DNA of 64,000 bases from Callorhinchus milii (lineage: Eukaryota): contig NW_024704743.1 in the NCBI RefSeq assembly GCF_018977255.1, positions 9,302,001-9,366,000 of the forward strand. Reading direction: 5' to 3'. The position numbers and the translations under genes are program-made. Shown in pieces: positions 62,981 to 64,000 of this stretch. Under the pieces are notes generated by a model. That model did not search any database. It saw only the letters and a list, made by a program, of their open reading frames with translations, and had not been told where the DNA came from. Position 1 is the first letter of the stretch. Each line of letters begins with the position of its first letter.

Positions 62981-64000
62981 TAGAATTGGCTGCTCTTTGT
63001 GACTACCTTGGGCAGGACAAACAAATATTCGATGCTTCAGTTTAATACAATACTTCAACAAAAAGCAGCCCTCAGCTACCAGGAATTTATCACAAGCCAT
63101 AGATTCTGTTTAGCCAAACGTTTGCAAGATTTATCGCCCTCTGTTGCACTTCGGCAAGTTATGATCCATTTAAGCCCACTTAAAGTGACAGTGACAGACA
63201 ATGGCTACTTGAGGTTGCATTCTTAGTGTGTGAAAATTGATTTTCATATTGTCGGGAGAAGATTGTTGAAATTGTGTCTATATCGAGGAGTGTGCACTGA
63301 GCGAAAACATTTTTAAAAAGGTCATTAAAAAAATTCAACCTGAAAATCTGTATTCAATCGTTCACATTTAGCCAACAGAATTATGGTTGTGGATAACTAT
63401 TTCCTTTACTGAAGTTTAACTTCAATCTCAATGGGATATAGAAGCAAACTGCATGGACATTGATCATGTACTACTGTCAGACTTAGAATCAGAAGTAACA
63501 GCACACGCTTGGCCAATCCGGCTGGTGTGGTTAATCTATCTCGTCCTTGAATCCCAAATTCCCTTCTTTCCCTTTTACATTAATTCTCTTCAAACACTTG
63601 CCCCGTTCCCTTTAAATACCTCTGTCCAACTAAAATAGCAAAGAGTTCCAATATTACAAAATTTAGGAGGAATAATCAGGGCATTTGAAAGTCTATGCTG
63701 ACACTGGATGTCTTTTACCTGCAACCCATCTCTCATTTTTAACAGCGCGTAAAAAGGTGTAAAAGTGAGACTTTCTGTGTTGCTGGGGAAAAGAAACACT
63801 AACAATACAACTGTTAAAGAAGAAGAGGTGTTTATCCAGTCAGTCTGTGCTACATGGAAACAGCTCCCCGAAAGAGAAGGATGGGTAGTTAAAACCAACT
63901 GTTATTTCCAGATAATAATTAATAGTTTGTGTTTGCTTCTCCCTTCCCGTTTCAGCGGCTGAACTATAAATCACTTATTGCTTTCTGAAACAAACGCTCT

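Overview
Vertebrate genomic DNA, most likely from a cartilaginous fish (the repeat content suggests a holocephalan/chimaera; this is inference). The window lies inside the cell-polarity gene PARD3 (Par-3), transcribed on the minus strand. Two coding exons are readable with canonical splice sites: 40337-40512 ([13 protein letters not shown]...[14 protein letters not shown], equivalent to human exon 4) and 33016-33177 (...ENYRSLPRD...[13 protein letters not shown]...KWLERQEQ, equivalent to human exon 5). I found no other PARD3 exon, so the rest appears intronic. The introns are dense in retroelements: L2 and CR1 LINE fragments, a tRNA-headed SINE family and a Deu-core SINE family that share one L2-type 3' tail, older SINE relics, one Tc1/mariner-type MITE, and micro/minisatellites. 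Most notable: a 131-bp TSD-flanked Penelope-like insertion with a minimal hammerhead-ribozyme core (24624-24754); a candidate internal promoter (ZNF143 and ETS motifs plus four clustered 5' splice sites, about 26.86-27.2 kb); a young SINE subfamily whose tail hairpin matches a co-resident L2; and several local inverted copies of non-SINE sequence beside SINE tails. Repeat boundaries are estimated by eye and family names come from recall, not from a database search.
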